Positions 26,601 through 43,590 of a DNA stretch of 64,000 nt are shown here, piece after piece; position 1 is the first letter of the stretch, and each line of letters opens with the position of its first letter. Origin of the DNA: the human T2T-CHM13v2.0 reference genome, Homo sapiens. Location of the stretch: NCBI RefSeq assembly GCF_009914755.1, contig NC_060926.1. One strand, written 5' to 3'. A model generated the notes under the pieces. The model was not told the DNA's origin. It searched no databases and saw only the letters and a list, made by a program, of their open reading frames with translations. Both the position numbers and the translations under genes were made by a program.

Positions 26601-28078
26601 CCCACCCATATCCCAAGGCAGCCAACCTCTGCCCGCCCTGGTTCAGGCCCCGACTGGCCCCTGTGGTGGGTGATGTCTATCTTCCTGGCCTTTGTGCTCC
26701 CAGCCAACTGGGATGGAGCCTCCAGCTGGCATGACAGGTTGTAGCTACGGACAGAAGAGTGGCTGTGAGGCTGCCAGGAATCTCACCAGGGCCCCCTCCC
26801 AGGGCCTGTCCAGAGTGAGGTCTGGGTACCCCAGGCATTGCCAGACCACAGGATCTGATGTTGGCCAAGAGGCCATGGCCACAGGCTTTCTGAGGCTGGC
26901 CCCCAGGGAGAGTTCAATCCTACTATCCCAATTCCTGTCCTGGCCTTACCTCTCAGTCTCACCGAGCCACTTCATGGTCCCAAACCAGGACCCAAAGTGC
27001 TGCTTGGGCTCAAGGTTGTAATTATTTGCAGCCAACTGGAGCAGTGGACCTCCTTGCTTACTTTGAATTCCTGGGTCCAGAGGGAAAAACTGGGTGATGA
27101 CAGGGACTGGACAGGGATGCCACAGGGGCCCTGTGGGGGTGTTAGATGGGGTGGTGGCCAGTCTTTGCTCATAGGGGACCCCCTCCTCCTCTCCAGTCCT
27201 GTCCCCACCTGTTCTCAGAGCTGGCTCAAACAGCAGCTCCTCCAGGAATGTGTCCTTGGTTTCAACCTGGTACTCCCACCTGCAGGTCTTCCTGGAGTGT
27301 CTCCTCTTTCTCTCTGTCTCCCCATAAATCTAAGACGAGGGGGATGGATCTGCCCACTGCTACTCACCGTATGACTCTTGTGAGGTTGATCAGTCTCCCC
27401 TGGAAGGCCAACAGCTGAAGTCCATCAGAAAGGGTCCTCTGGCCCAGAGCCAGCCCCTGCCCACCCCTGTCTTGCTGCACCCAGGGTGCAAGACCCAGAT
27501 CAGGTCTGGGTGACAGGAGGGGTATAGAGGGGCTGAGGCTCAGGGGCCTTCTAGCCTAACTTGTCTGGAGACAGTTGGGGAAACTGAGACCCCAAGCAGG
27601 GAGGTATGGCTCCGAGAGAGTATTCTCATTAACCTGGAACATTTTTGCAAGCTGTTAGGTATAGGAAGTCTGTCACAGGTAAGAGAAATGCTTTTTAAGA
27701 GCATGAGAGACAGCAGGGTTGTGACAATATTGAAACACCACCGTGCAGATTCACCAATTGCCACCACCGGGAGCCCCCTGAGAGTCATTGCAGATGCACA
27801 GCCCTCCCCTGCAACCCCTGGACCTCCCCGTGGTCTGGCACCTAAAGGGTTATGCCTCATGGCAGGAATCAGGGCCCTCAGGGTGCCCTGCCCACTCCAA
27901 GGTCTGCCTCTGCTCTGATTGGTCACTGACATTCAGATTGTCACCCAAATATAAGGACATTAGCAGAAAGACTCATTCAATACAAGTGGACTCAGACATA
28001 GATAGGAATTGGGTTGCAAGAAGCCCCTTTTGTTTCTTTTATTTTATTTTGGAAAAAACTTTTATTGTGAAAATTCAC

Positions 28079-28109
<31 letters not shown>

Positions 28110-28176
28110 AACTCAATCAATGCAAAAGGATAGACAATGAACAAATGAATTCCCCTTCCACTCCAGATCCCCAACT

Positions 28177-28451
28177 CAGATCCAGACCTCCTGAGCCCAC
28201 TTCCCCCATCTCATCACAGATCCAGACCTCCTGAGCCCACTTTCCCCATCTCATCACAGACCCAGACCTCCTGAGCCCACTTTCCCCATCTCATCACAGA
28301 TCCAGACCTCCTGAGCCCACTTTCCCCATCTCATCACAGATCCAGACCTCCTGAGCCCACTTTCCCCATCTCATCACAGATCCAGACCTCCCCCACTTTC
28401 CCCATCTCATCACAGATCCAGACCTCCTGAGCCCACTTCCCCAACTCATCA
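28177..28451 (+). repeat. 40-bp minisatellite, ~7 copies
   Basis: Unit cagatccagacctcctgagcccactttccccatctcatca; the sixth copy has a ~5 nt deletion. Confidence 0.95.
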
Positions 28452-28469
28452 CCAGTGATTTCTTGGGCT

Positions 28470-28760
28470 CTGCATTAGTTTTCTATTGCTGCTGCAACCA
28501 ACAGCTACAGACTCAGTGGCTTCCATTTCTGTCTTATAGTTCTGGTTGCCAAAAGTCCTAAGAGGATCTCACTGGGCTAAAGTCAAGGTGCTGGCGGGGC
28601 TATGTCCCTTCTGGAGGCTCAAGGGATGAATCGGGTCCCTGCCTTTTCTAGCTTCTAGGGGCTCCAGCTTCTAGGTTTGTGGCCTCCTTCCTCCATCCTC
28701 AAAGCCAGCAACAGCAGGTGAAGTCCTCGCCCATCATGCATCACTCTCCCTTCTTCCTCC
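28470..28760 (-). mobile_element. MaLR LTR fragment (MLT1-like)
   Basis: 'tgcattagttttctattgctgctgcaac...ctcactgggctaaagtcaaggtgctggcggggct...tgccttttctagcttctagggg' matches the antisense MLT1 LTR pattern. Confidence 0.7.
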
Positions 28761-29004
28761 TTCAACTTTTTTTTTTATATTTAGGGGGAACGAGTACCGG
28801 ATTCTTACATAGTCAAAAAGCTCCTTATAGAGAAGCTCGGAACTTTCAATACAACTTTGCCTTTTCTGCCATTTTAATTTTCCATTTAATTTAAATGTAT
28901 TCTCTCATTTGACCTTCATACTCTGTGGAGAAATATTCCTATTTCGGCTTGTATTGACAAGCTGTTTTCACACAGCCCCCACATCACCCAACCAACCAGC
29001 AAGA

Positions 29005-29115
29005 AACAGATAAAGAAACTGAGGCCCAGGGAGGCTAAGAGTCCTGCCAGGATCATTCACCTTTCAAGGTAAGGAGCCAGTTCCAGACCTGGGTTTGTGC
29101 AGCTCCAAGCTCCCC
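29005..29115 (-). mobile_element. MIR fragment
   Basis: 'acagataaagaaactgaggcccagggaggctaag' is the antisense MIR core. Confidence 0.6.
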
Positions 29116-29914
29116 CGTCTTTCTACAATGCTAGATTTAGACTATAGCAATCTAGCAAGTGTGGCCACACAATGATCAAGTTGGATTTAGATGATGTTCC
29201 CTATAAATCCATTCTCCTCTCCCGTGTAAGCAAGGCAAAGTCCTCCAGGCCATGGGGAGTCCCTGAAGACTCGATGAACTGCAGTGGCCACATCAGGAGG
29301 TTGCAGGTTGACCAGAACTCACCGACACAGCAGGAGAGCAGCTTGGAACCTGCAACCTAGCCAAAACCTAGTGCCTTGGATTGGGGGAGAAAACAGGCAG
29401 CCATTCCTCTCTCTCTGCTGGCTAGAGGGGATTCTGGCTTTTCCTGCCAGAGCCACCCCTTTCCCTCCTCCTAAAGTTGATGGTGGTTCTTTAAGGAAAG
29501 GGAGAAGTGCACGGTGTGATAGGGCAGGAAGAGAAGAAAATGGAGGAGAGGAGGGGACTTTCCCATAAGCAGGCAGAAGAAAAGGCAGCTGTGGTGTGTG
29601 ATGGACATGGATGCAGTGGTGTCCAATGTGGGGTCAGCCCTAGAGGAGAGACAGAGAGAGAGACAGAAAAGTGAGAGTCCTGACCCTTACGATTAACATG
29701 GGATCTGCCTGCAAATGCTGTTTAGGGCCATCGCCTCTTCCTGTACTGCTATTTTTGAGAGTGATGCTCCTGAGCCCCATGACCCAGTCAAATTTGATGT
29801 CCCCTCGAGCCAGATTCAGTGCTGGGAGTCCAGTGTGATCTGCCTGGATCTTGCTGCATTGAGAACAGGCCAGTCTTGACCCCAATACAGGGGCTGGATA
29901 TGAACAGGCAACAG

Positions 29915-30060
29915 CTGGGTTTCTGAGTCAGAAAGACTTGGTTAATTGCTAATTGCTTAGGCGAGTAATTTAATTTTGTTGAGTCAGATTCTTCAGCTAC
30001 AAAATGCAGATGACAGTACTTATTCCTCCAGGTTGTGGGGAAAATGGAGATTCTAAGCAC
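29915..30060 (+). mobile_element. MIR fragment
   Basis: 'ctgagtcagaaagacttgg...cttaggcgagtaatttaat...cagctacaaaatgcagatgacagtactt' resembles sense MIR. Confidence 0.55.
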
Positions 30061-30357
30061 GATGTCCATTTCACAGAAAGGTACCAATTTGGTGGCTTAT
30101 TTTCCTTTCTACCTTCAGAAGTGGCTATCCCTGCCACCCAAACAGACCCTTGACTCTCAAGTGGACGGGGTCCCATTTGCACAGGGGGAGACCTTACAGC
30201 CTACGTTGAGTCTATACTTACCACTTAGTGAGCATTGTGTCCGCTCAGGGGCCTCTGTGGGCATCCGTCTCCTCTGCAGCATCTTTCCTCCCCACTGCTG
30301 GGTCTGCACATGACCCCCTCCTTGGGTTAGGCCTCTGATCAGTGATGACCTTGGTAT

Positions 30358-30608
30358 GGTGGTGATGGTCAGTCTTGGCATCAAATGAGCCAGTTTATAT
30401 CATCAGCTATTCAATAAAATACTAATCTAGGTGTCACCGTGAAAGTATTTTGTGACATTGTTATGTACGTGTTGTTACAAATGTGCATGATGCATTTACT
30501 ACAGCGTAGAATTTTGCCTGGGTGCCAGCCTGAAGTCTGTCCGACAGATCATAGCCATGTTAGTCCCACAGTCACAGGGGCCAATTGATTAAATTATTTT
30601 ATCTCCCT
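30358..30608 (+). mobile_element. ERVL LTR fragment (MLT2-like)
   Basis: 'gtgatggtc...aatactaatctaggtgtcaccgtgaaagtattttgtga' resembles the MLT2 5' part; it lies upstream of ERVL internal sequence. Confidence 0.5.
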
Positions 30609-31537
30609 TGAAAACTAAAAATAAAATCCTAAGCCCCCCACCCGACTTAACAGACCCCCTGTTGGCCAACGGAACCTCAAATAAATCTTAAAATTCAGTT
30701 CTTGGCCATGACAGGACAGGAGGTCAGACATACCTCCCTGTACCTCCCTCCCTCTTATGGTTTAGACCCCACAACTGAACAGCATTAATGTTAAAATAGA
30801 GATCATGAGACTGACAGAACAGACTCTTTGTGGCAATAAGACCTCAAATTATAAACAGGAGCTAGGGCCATGCCAGGCGAGCGTTAAGTCTTGTACCCTA
30901 CTCTTAAAGAATTAACTAGATTCTAACTACCACGTGGGTTTTATTTTTCTCTAGCAACCAAGCAAGCACTGGCTGTGAGAGAAGCAAGATTAAAACAATT
31001 ACAACTCACCCAGTTCACAGACGCTGAGTAACTGATCTCCTGCCCCACTAACCTTAATGACAGCTTTCTCTGGACAAGGGACTGATTTCAGTAACTTTCT
31101 CCTGATAAGAGACCATCCTCCATGGACTGGTTCTGGCCAGTTTTGGAGGCTGTGCCTGTACAGAGGCTGAGTACCTTCATGTCCCTGCTTCACTTTTTGA
31201 TGTGTAGGGCCTAATTATAATACATTTAAATGTCAAGTCTCCACCCCAGAATGAACATGCATGTTTATGGAATATGCATGCATTAGGACCTCTTTTATGA
31301 GTATTCTCATAAAATGATATAGCTCCTCTGATATCCTATTGAGTATGTATATGTAGCCAATTCATTTGGCTCAAATTCCTGTCCTCTCCTTCCCTCCCTG
31401 GAAATGCCTGCCTCTGGCCTTGGCTGTAGGCCACACTTCCCAGCCTGTCATAATGGCCACCTTGCAGACTGCAAACCTATATAAGAAATAAAGCTCTCTT
31501 TTCTAAATTTATAAAATTGTGTGATTTTTCAGTTGAT
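30609..31537 (+). mobile_element. MER4-family (ERV1) solo LTR
   Basis: Begins 'tgaaaactaaaaataaaatcctaagccccccacccgac', typical of a MER4 5' end. Ends 'agaaataaagctctcttttctaaattt...tttttcagttga' with an AATAAA signal. Confidence 0.8.
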
Positions 31538-31545
31538 GCTCTCTT

Positions 31546-31549
<4 letters not shown>

Positions 31550-31578
<29 letters not shown>
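31550..31578 (+). repeat. (CA)n microsatellite
   Basis: ~14 CA units. Confidence 0.95.
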
Positions 31579-31581
<3 letters not shown>

Positions 31582-32692
31582 ATTTATACAGAAGGAAATC
31601 TGGAGAATATATGTGGGAATGGATATTAAGTGTGTGGCACCGTGGTGGAAGTAACATAAAGTTGGATTAGGCTAAATTTATTAATGTTGGCCCACTAAAC
31701 AGAGATTCTGGACTCAGGGTTGTAGGTCAAAGCTTTAGAAAGGGCTCCAAGGGTTGGTTTGATCGGTTACTTGGTTGGTTGCTTGCTTGGTTGGTTGGTG
31801 CTTGCTTCCTTGCTTGGTTGTTTGGTTGGTTTGTTGCTTGCTTGCTTGTTGGTTGATTGGTTGGCTGTTTGCTTGTTTGGTGACTTGGTTGGTTGGCTGA
31901 AACAGAATCAGAGTTTACCTAAGGTACATAAAGTTGAGATGCCACAACTTCCTTGGTTTATGTGTACAGAAAGGTATGCAAAAACTCAGGGAGACTGGAT
32001 TTATTATGTCAGACCTGCTCACTCACACTGGAGGGTCTACGGAACATACTCCTCACAACGATCATGAGAAAGAATATTGTGAGAGGAGCCCAGTATCCTG
32101 GAAGAGCTTTGAGCTTGTGCTCTCAGTAGGCAAAATGTTACAGCAGGAACTGCAGCCACTGGACTGGGATCTTTAAGTAAAATGAGGATAATTGAATCCT
32201 GGGGTGGCAGGGAACATGGGCTGTCCTTAATCACCAAAGATGAGGTGGGTGTGGTCACCACAGTGGAAAGCAGTGTCAAAGCAGCAGTCAGAATGGTTTG
32301 ACTCACAGACACCCACGGCATTGTGTAGTCCATGGTATCCACAGGGAGAGCTAATGGGCTGTACCAAAGTCTTAGTTGTTCTTTAAAAAATGAAGAATTC
32401 TAGGTCAACTGAATAAAAGACTAACTCAAATTAATGAAACACAGATCTAAAACCCTCAATCAATTCCCAGACTTGAGCCAGTTCACAGGCCCACAACCCC
32501 TTAAGTGAAGGGGAGGCTGGGTGATCTTGGGGAAGTACGCTGCTACGTTGCCAAAAATTTACATTGTTAATCTTTTTCCCAGTCTTCCCCAAAGGGACTT
32601 ACAGCCTTCTGCCAGGATGACTGTGACTTAAAGAAAAGAAAATTCTCAGATATTTGGGGAATTACTGGACACTGGCTCTCATTTGACACTAT
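31579..32692 (+). mobile_element. ERVL internal remnant (gag to protease), degenerate
   Basis: Translation near 31580 gives 'NLYRRKSGEYMWEWILSVWHRGGSNIKLD', ERVL gag-like. 'ttactggacactggctct' near 32662 encodes LLDTGS, the retroviral protease active site. Stops and frameshifts interrupt the frame. Confidence 0.85.
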
Positions 32693-32694
32693 TA

Positions 32695-33514
<820 letters not shown>

Positions 33515-33999
33515 AATGTTGATGATTCTAAACAGCAGCCGTTAATGTGAAAACCATCCAACTGGAAGCCCTGGCCTTGCCCAGAGGACACAGTCTGGGT
33601 GGTGGGCAGAGACTTCAGCTGCCTTCCAAGGCAAGCAGCTCCTTGCTGCCCGCTTGCTGGGGATTTTACTTACAGGGCAGAAGCTGGCAGGTGATTTGGG
33701 GGCAGGAATTGCTTCCTGGATGGTATAGGATGAACCACACTCCCCAGGAAGGCACTCATCCTGGTGGCCTAACAGAAGCAGCCCTCACCCCAAAAGGCAA
33801 TGCTGCTCCACTAGTTTTATGGGGTGACTCCTTCCTGTAGGTTCCTTCCAGCTTTACCAGAAACACAGAACATCTTTCCTGACAGGGCATTGGTTTTGTT
33901 TTTGAACAGAGAGATCCTTCTTTTAAAAAGTTAGTTTTTTGTTTTGTTTTGTTTTGTTTTTTGTAATGGAATCAACCTAGGTCCTAAGCCTAGCAGGTT

Positions 34000-34309
<310 letters not shown>

Positions 34310-34473
34310 ACAGGTTATTTTTGCTGATCTTCTCCCTCCTCCCACCCTCAAAGAAAACGCGGTACATCTACACCATGGACTACTACGCAACCCTGAAAAG
34401 GAACAAAATCACGGTTGGTTTTTTTTTTTTTTTTTTTTGCAGCAACATGGATGTAGCTGGAGGCCATTATCTT

Positions 34474-34935
34474 TTTTAATTATTTTTATTATTTTTTTTC
34501 TATTCTACTTTAAGTTCTGGGGTATATGTGCAGAATGTGCAGGATTGTTACATAGATATACATGTGCCATAGCGGTTTGCTGCACCCATCAACCCATCAT
34601 CTACATTAGATATTTCTCATAATGCTGTCCCTTTCCCAGTCCCCCACCCCTGCAGTAGGCCCCAGTGTGTGATGTTCCCCTCTCTGGGTTGATGTGTTCT
34701 CATTGTTCACTTCCCACTTATGAGTGAGAACATGCACTGTTTGGTTTTCTGCTCCTGTGTCACTTTGCTGAACATGAGGGTTTCCAGCTTCATCCATGTC
34801 CCTGCAAAGGACATGAACTCATCTTTTTCATGGCTGCATAGTATTCCACAGTGTCTATGTGCTACATTTTCTTTATCCAGTCTATCACTGATGAGCATTT
34901 GGGTTGGTTCCACATCTTTGCTATTGTGAACAGTG
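34474..34935 (-). mobile_element. 5'-truncated L1PA inserted into an older sense L1
   Basis: Antisense L1PA 3' UTR with a 16-bp TSD tggaggccattatctt at 34458-34473 and 34936-34951. The host L1 sequence continues on both sides (~34350-35205). Confidence 0.9.
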
Positions 34936-35304
34936 TGGAGGCCATTATCTTAAGTAAATTAATAGAATGCTGCGTGTTCTCACTTATAAGTGGGAGCTAA
35001 ATGTTGTGTATATGTAGACACAGAGAAGGGAACAGATATTGGGGTCTAGTTAGGGGGAGAGAGGAAGGTAGAAGGACAAGAGTTGAAAAAACCAACTGTG
35101 GGGTATTATGCTCACTACCTGGGTGATGGGATCACTCATACCCCAGACCTCAGCATCACACATCGTACCCATGTAAGAAACCTGTACATGTACCTCCTGA
35201 ATCCAAACTGCTCCATCATTTGCACCAGCAATTCCAAGACTGGGCATCTACCCAAAGGAAAAGAAGTCATTCTACCAAAAAGACACATGCATGGTAAAGT
35301 TCCT

Positions 35305-35590
35305 TTTTTTTGTTTGTTTTTTGAGATGGAGTCTCGCTCTATTTCCCATGCTGGAGTGCAGTAGCAATCTCGGCTCACTGCAACCTCTGCCTCCAGGGTT
35401 CAAGTGATTCTCCTGCCTCAGCCTCTTGAGCAGCTGGGATTACAGGCATGCGCCACCATGCCTGGCTAATTTTTGTATTTTTAGTAGAGACAGGGTTTCA
35501 CCATATTGACCAGGCTGGTCTCGAACTCCTGACCTCAGGTGATCTGCCCACCTTGGCCCTCCAGAGTGCTGGGATTACAGTGCCTGGCCC
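35305..35590 (-). mobile_element. AluS
   Basis: Antisense Alu with flanking gtaa(a/g)gttc, a likely TSD. Confidence 0.88.
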
Positions 35591-35662
35591 TGTAAGGTTC
35601 ATCACAGCACGACTTACAATAGGAAAGTCATGGAATCAACCTAGTTGCCCATCAGTGGGGTA

Positions 35663-36452
35663 CCGGATAAAGCAAAAGTGGTTCTTCTACAGCATCGAAT
35701 ACTACACAGCCATGAAAAAGAACAAAATCATGTCCTTTGCGGCCACATGGATGTAGCTGGAGGGCATTATGCTTAATGAATTAACACAAGAACAGAAAAT
35801 CAAATACCACATGTTCTTGTCTGGATAAAGCAATTGTGGCCCTTCTACACCATGGAATACTGCACAGCCATGAAAAAGAATAAAATCATGTTTTTGCAGC
35901 CACGTGGACACAGCTGAAGGGAATTATGCTTAGTGAATTAACGCCAGGAAAAGAAAATCGAATACCACATGTTCTCCACTAGATAAAGCAAATGTGGTCT
36001 TTCTGCATCATGGAATACTACACAGCCACGAAAAAGAATAATGTCATGTCCTTTGCAGCCACATGGACACAGCTGAAGGACATTATGCTTAGTGAATTAA
36101 TGCCAGGAACAGAAAATGAAATACTACATGTTCTCAACTGGATAAAGCAAATGTGGCCCTTCTACACCACGGAATACTACACAGTGATGAAAAAAATAAA
36201 ATCATGTCTTTGCAGCCACATGGATGCAGCCAGAGGGCATTATGCTTAGTGAATCAATATGAGGAACAGAAAATCAAATACCACATGTTCTGCACTAGAT
36301 AAAGCAAATGTGGTCCTTCTGCATCATGGAATACTACACAGCCATGAACAAGAATAAAATCATGCCCTTTGCAGCAACGTGGATGAAGCTGAAGGGCATT
36401 ATGCTTAGTGAATTAACGCCAGGAACAGAAAATAAAACACCACATGTTTTTG
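35663..36452 (+). repeat. L1-derived ~158-bp tandem repeat, 5 copies
   Basis: Copies start at 35663, 35821, 35979, 36138 and 36295 (c(c/t)(g/a)gataaagcaa...accacatgtt). Confidence 0.92.
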
Positions 36453-36572
36453 CTTATAGGTGGGAGCTAAACATTGCCTGCACCTGGACACAATGAAGGG
36501 GCACCACAGACCCTCAGGACTAATAGAGTAGGAAGCAGGGGCGGGGGTACAAGGGTTGAAAAACTACCCTGA

Positions 36573-37050
<478 letters not shown>

Positions 37051-37109
37051 TGAATCATTAGTGCATATATAAATATACATTTTATTTTAGTACACATTAT
37101 ATACCTCAG

Positions 37110-37256
37110 GAATGTACAATGCTCAGCGCCTGGGTGACGGGATTATTCATACCCCAAACCTCAGCATCGTACAATATCCCCAGGACACAAAGCTGCCCGT
37201 GGATCCCCTGAATCTATAATAATAATAATTAATAATAATAATAATAATAAATAAAA
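37110..37256 (+). mobile_element. L1 3' terminal remnant with (AAT)n tail
   Basis: 'gtacaatgctc...ctgggtgacgggattattcataccccaaacctcagcatc...ccctgaatcta' followed by AAT repeats. Confidence 0.7.
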
Positions 37257-37815
37257 AGTGACTTTGTCATTCGCAGGGAAATGTGAATGACATTCACTCT
37301 GCCTCTCAGGCCCTTGGATTCCCAAAGTTTGTTTTCCTCACGCCCAGGGGACACTCAGAATGTCGTTTGCAGAACACGGGTTGTTTTTCTTAGAAACGCC
37401 TTGCAAAACAAAATAGGAAGCAAAATCTTTCTCACTCCTTCCACTCCATAATAGACAAAATAAAATGAGGGGGCAGGAATCCAGAGACTTTGACCACAGT
37501 TGGCAGATTTATTGTGGTACAGACATGAAGGCAAGCAGTGTTCTCTCTGATTCTACGAACCGTACAGCCCGGGCCAGCTGCCTTCTGCTTTCTGGATGGT
37601 GCAGGCGTGAGCTCCAAGCCCAAATTTCACTGGAGCTCCAAGAATCGAGCCTGGCCCAGGCACTCACTGCACGGGGGCCAAGCGTGAAACCAGTGATCGC
37701 TCCAGCAAGGTAACAGGACAGCTTGGTGATCCTTCTTGCCGGCCACAAAAGGTTATAGCCAGAATTCCACCGAATGTGGTCTTTCTGTGTCTCTCCCCAG
37801 ATAGTGAAGCTGCAC

Positions 37816-38209
37816 AAACCTGGGGGTGGGGGGTGGGGGGTGCTGACCTCAGTGGGGTGTCCTGGAGAGGCAGGAACCAGAGTTTACAGGGTGCAGATCC
37901 TACTGAAGCAAATGGACGTGGCATCCGTGGGCAGAGCTGGCTGTGGCTGGCCTTCCAGCCTGGATGTCTCCCCCCCCCCGCCTGGGGTGTCACCAAATGC
38001 ACCCAGAGACCCCTTCTAAACCTGGGGGGATGTGCTGACCTCAGTGGGGTTTCCTGGAGAGGCAGGAAGCTGGGTTTCCAGGGTACATATCCTACTGAAG
38101 CAAATGGACGTGGCATCCTTGGGCAGAGCTGGCTGTGGCTGGCCTTCCAGCCTGGACGTCTCCCCCACTGCCTGGGGTGTCACCAAATGCACCCAGAGAC
38201 CTCTCTTCT
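37816..38209 (+). repeat. ~200-bp tandem duplication, 2 copies
   Basis: 'aaacctgggg...gtgctgacctcagtgggg...caccaaatgcacccagagacc' starts at ~37816 and again at ~38018. Confidence 0.9.
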
Positions 38210-38303
38210 GAAAGCCCATTCATGGGAAGCCTCCAGGTCTCCTCAGCAGGCAGCATCACGTCTGATTTCACTGCGTTATCAGGTAATGCAGGCCTGTTCT
38301 ACC

Positions 38304-40305
<2,002 letters not shown>

Positions 40306-42010
40306 CATTTTGTTTTCTGGTTAATAACAAGATCTATCTTTGATTTAGGATATGAAGAATTCTTATAAGCAACCCCCCACACAAAATTTGTATTTATTTT
40401 AAAATATTCTTAAAATATGGGTTCTTTTATTTTTGCACAAACAGACAAGAGTGTTTTTTCTTTCCAAAACTTTTATTTCAAATTCTGACCCTGAGGAGCA
40501 GAAAAAGAAGAAAACATTGTGTAACCTTATATACATTAGAAACATAAGTAGTTACTAAATGCAATACAGATTTTGACAACATGCATTTAGGAAAAATGAG
40601 GAATTCAAACTCGTAGCTGCCTCAATATTGAACTTTCTAAAGTTTAATTTTTTTTAATTAAAAAATATTCATTTGGGTTCAATATGTATGGATCTCCAGG
40701 GCAGAAATGTCTCTCCAAAAAGTGAACCACTCTGAAAATCACCGTCATTTGGGAAAGGGTGATGCCCCAGCTGTCTTCTGAAAAATAGCAGAGGCTTCCG
40801 GCCAGTGGGGTGTCTCTCTCTTTCCCTGAGGCCGAAATGTCAGGGAATTTTTCTTCCCCACCCCTAGGAGCCCAGTAAATGCAGAATATTTCAGAAGGAT
40901 TTGCACAGGGTCCCGGCTTCTGCTATTTATGAGCTCCATGGATTCTTGGCTCAGGCTTGTGATCAGCTCACCTGCTCCAGAATCACTTCCCATCTTAGCT
41001 TCTGGGCTAAGACACCTCAAAACCAGCAAAGGAAAGTCCTCACTGGTCAACGCGTCCATCCCAACTCCCCCATCTCCCCTTAGGGTGGGTTTGGGGTTCG
41101 GGACTGCTTTACTGTTCCTTTCAAAGCAGACTGGGAGGTAAGATTTTATTCTGCTTCCAGAGGTTCAGGATTTCTGCAGACGGTCAGCAACTCTTTGCAT
41201 CCTACTGGTAAAAGTTTTATATACTTTGTATTTATAGAAATACGCATTGTGTATATTTTATATGAATAGATTGATATAAATTATTTTAGTAACTTAACCA
41301 TATGACTTTTATATTTTTATATAAATAAAGTTATATGTAGTGTATATGTAAAATACTTTTATTTCTAATACATAATTTTATAGATTAAATTTAATATATT
41401 AAGCAAAAATATATGTAACATATATAACATATAACATCATTTCTATAATATATAACTTAATGTAAATAAGTATATAAAATTGATATTATATTTGTTAATA
41501 CATAATTATACATATATACTGTGTAAAAATAAAATTACATATTGTATATGCATAATTATATTTCTATAAGTACAATTATATACTATGTATAATTATGTAT
41601 AAAATAATTGTATAATAAAATTATATAATAAATTTTGAAACGTTATAAATTATTATACATAGTATTTTATTGTATTAAATTTAGAAATGTGTTATATGTA
41701 ATAAAATTTTATTATAATAAATGTAGATTATATAAAATCTTATTTATAATAAATTACCTTATGTATAATTATAATATGAGAAAATAATTACATATCATTG
41801 TATTATAATAAATTTAGAGATGTTATACATTATTACATATAAAATTTCATTATATTAAATTTAGAAATATATGTAATAAAATGGTATTATGTTAAAATTT
41901 TTATGTAACATTTTATTATACATGTATAATTTTATATAATGTTTTATAATATATAGAATATAAGTACACAGAATATAAGTACAAAAATATTTATATACAG
42001 CTACACGTAA

Positions 42011-42328
<318 letters not shown>

Positions 42329-42360
42329 TAGCTATTAAAAAATAAATATATATATATACT

Positions 42361-43590
42361 GCAACAGCTGATTTGTCTGGAAGAGTTTGGTCAGAAGACA
42401 GTGTATTAAGAAGACTGTGAGTTCCCAGAGGAATATAAGAATATACATCATGTTGATATATTATATATAACATAAATAGCTAACTACATCTGTGTATATA
42501 GTATAAACAAAAGTACAAAAATATTTGTATATAACTATATGTAATATAAATATATCAGTGTAAGATATTAGCTATTAAAATATATATATATATAGAGAGA
42601 GAGAGAGCAACCGGTGATTTGTCTGGAATATTCTAGTCAGAAGACAGTGTATTAAGAAGACAGTGAGTCCCCAGGAGAATACAAGAATGTGCATCATGTT
42701 AATATATTATATATAACATAAATACCTAACAACATCTGTATATATAGTATAAACTTAAAGTACAAAAATATTAGTATATTACTATATGTAATATAAATAT
42801 ATCAGTGTAAGATATTAGCTATTAAAATATACATATGTGTGTATGTATGTGTATATGTGTATATAAATATTATATATATATATAGTAACCGCTGATTTGT
42901 GTGGAAGACTTTGGTCAGAAGACAGTGTATTAAGAAGACAGTGGGTCCTCACAGGAAAATAAGAATATACATCATGTTTATATTATATATAACATAAACA
43001 ACTAATTACATCTGTATATACAGCATAAACATAAAGTACAAAAATATTTGTATATAATCGTATGTAATATAAATATACCAGTGTAAGATATTAGCTATTA
43101 AAATATACATGTGTGTATGTATGTGTATATGTGTACATATAATATATATACATATATAACATATATAATATATAAGATATAGCATAATAATATAATATAT
43201 TATATATAATATGTAATATGTAACATATATTATATAATTAATATATTCTATGCTATATAATATATAATATATTCTATGCAATAAAATATATAGCATATAT
43301 ATATATATAGCAACAGCTGATTTGTCTGGAAGAATTTGGTCAGAAGACAGTGTATTAAGAAGACAGTGAGTCCCCAGAGAAATATAAGAATATACATCAT
43401 GTTTATATTATATATAACATAAATAGCTAACTACATCTGTATATATAGCATAAACATAAAGCACAAAATTATTTATATATAATATAAATATATCAGTGTA
43501 AGATATTAGCTATTAAAAAATATATATATATAGCAACCGGTGATTTGTCTGGAAGACTGGTCAGAAGACAGTGTATTAGGAAGACAGGCA
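42361..43590 (+). repeat. AT-rich tandem repeat (~225-425 bp unit) with a conserved core
   Basis: Core 'tgatttgtctggaaga...gtcagaagacagtgtattaagaagac' in units starting at ~42361, ~42607, ~42885, ~43310 and ~43533. Unit length varies through (TA)n expansions. Confidence 0.9.

Larger units (their letters stand above)
35220..36572 (+). mobile_element. L1 3' fragment (ORF2 end and 3' UTR) containing an Alu and an internal tandem amplification
   Basis: 'ccagcaattccaagactgggcatctacccaaaggaaaagaagtcatt' runs through to 'ataggtgggagctaaacattg...agggttgaaaaactacc'. Confidence 0.8.

Noticed and set aside
42361-43590. CRISPR-like arrangement (conserved core with variable spacers)
   Set aside because: The spacers are homologous AT-rich sequence of 200+ bp, the context is primate DNA, and there are no cas genes.
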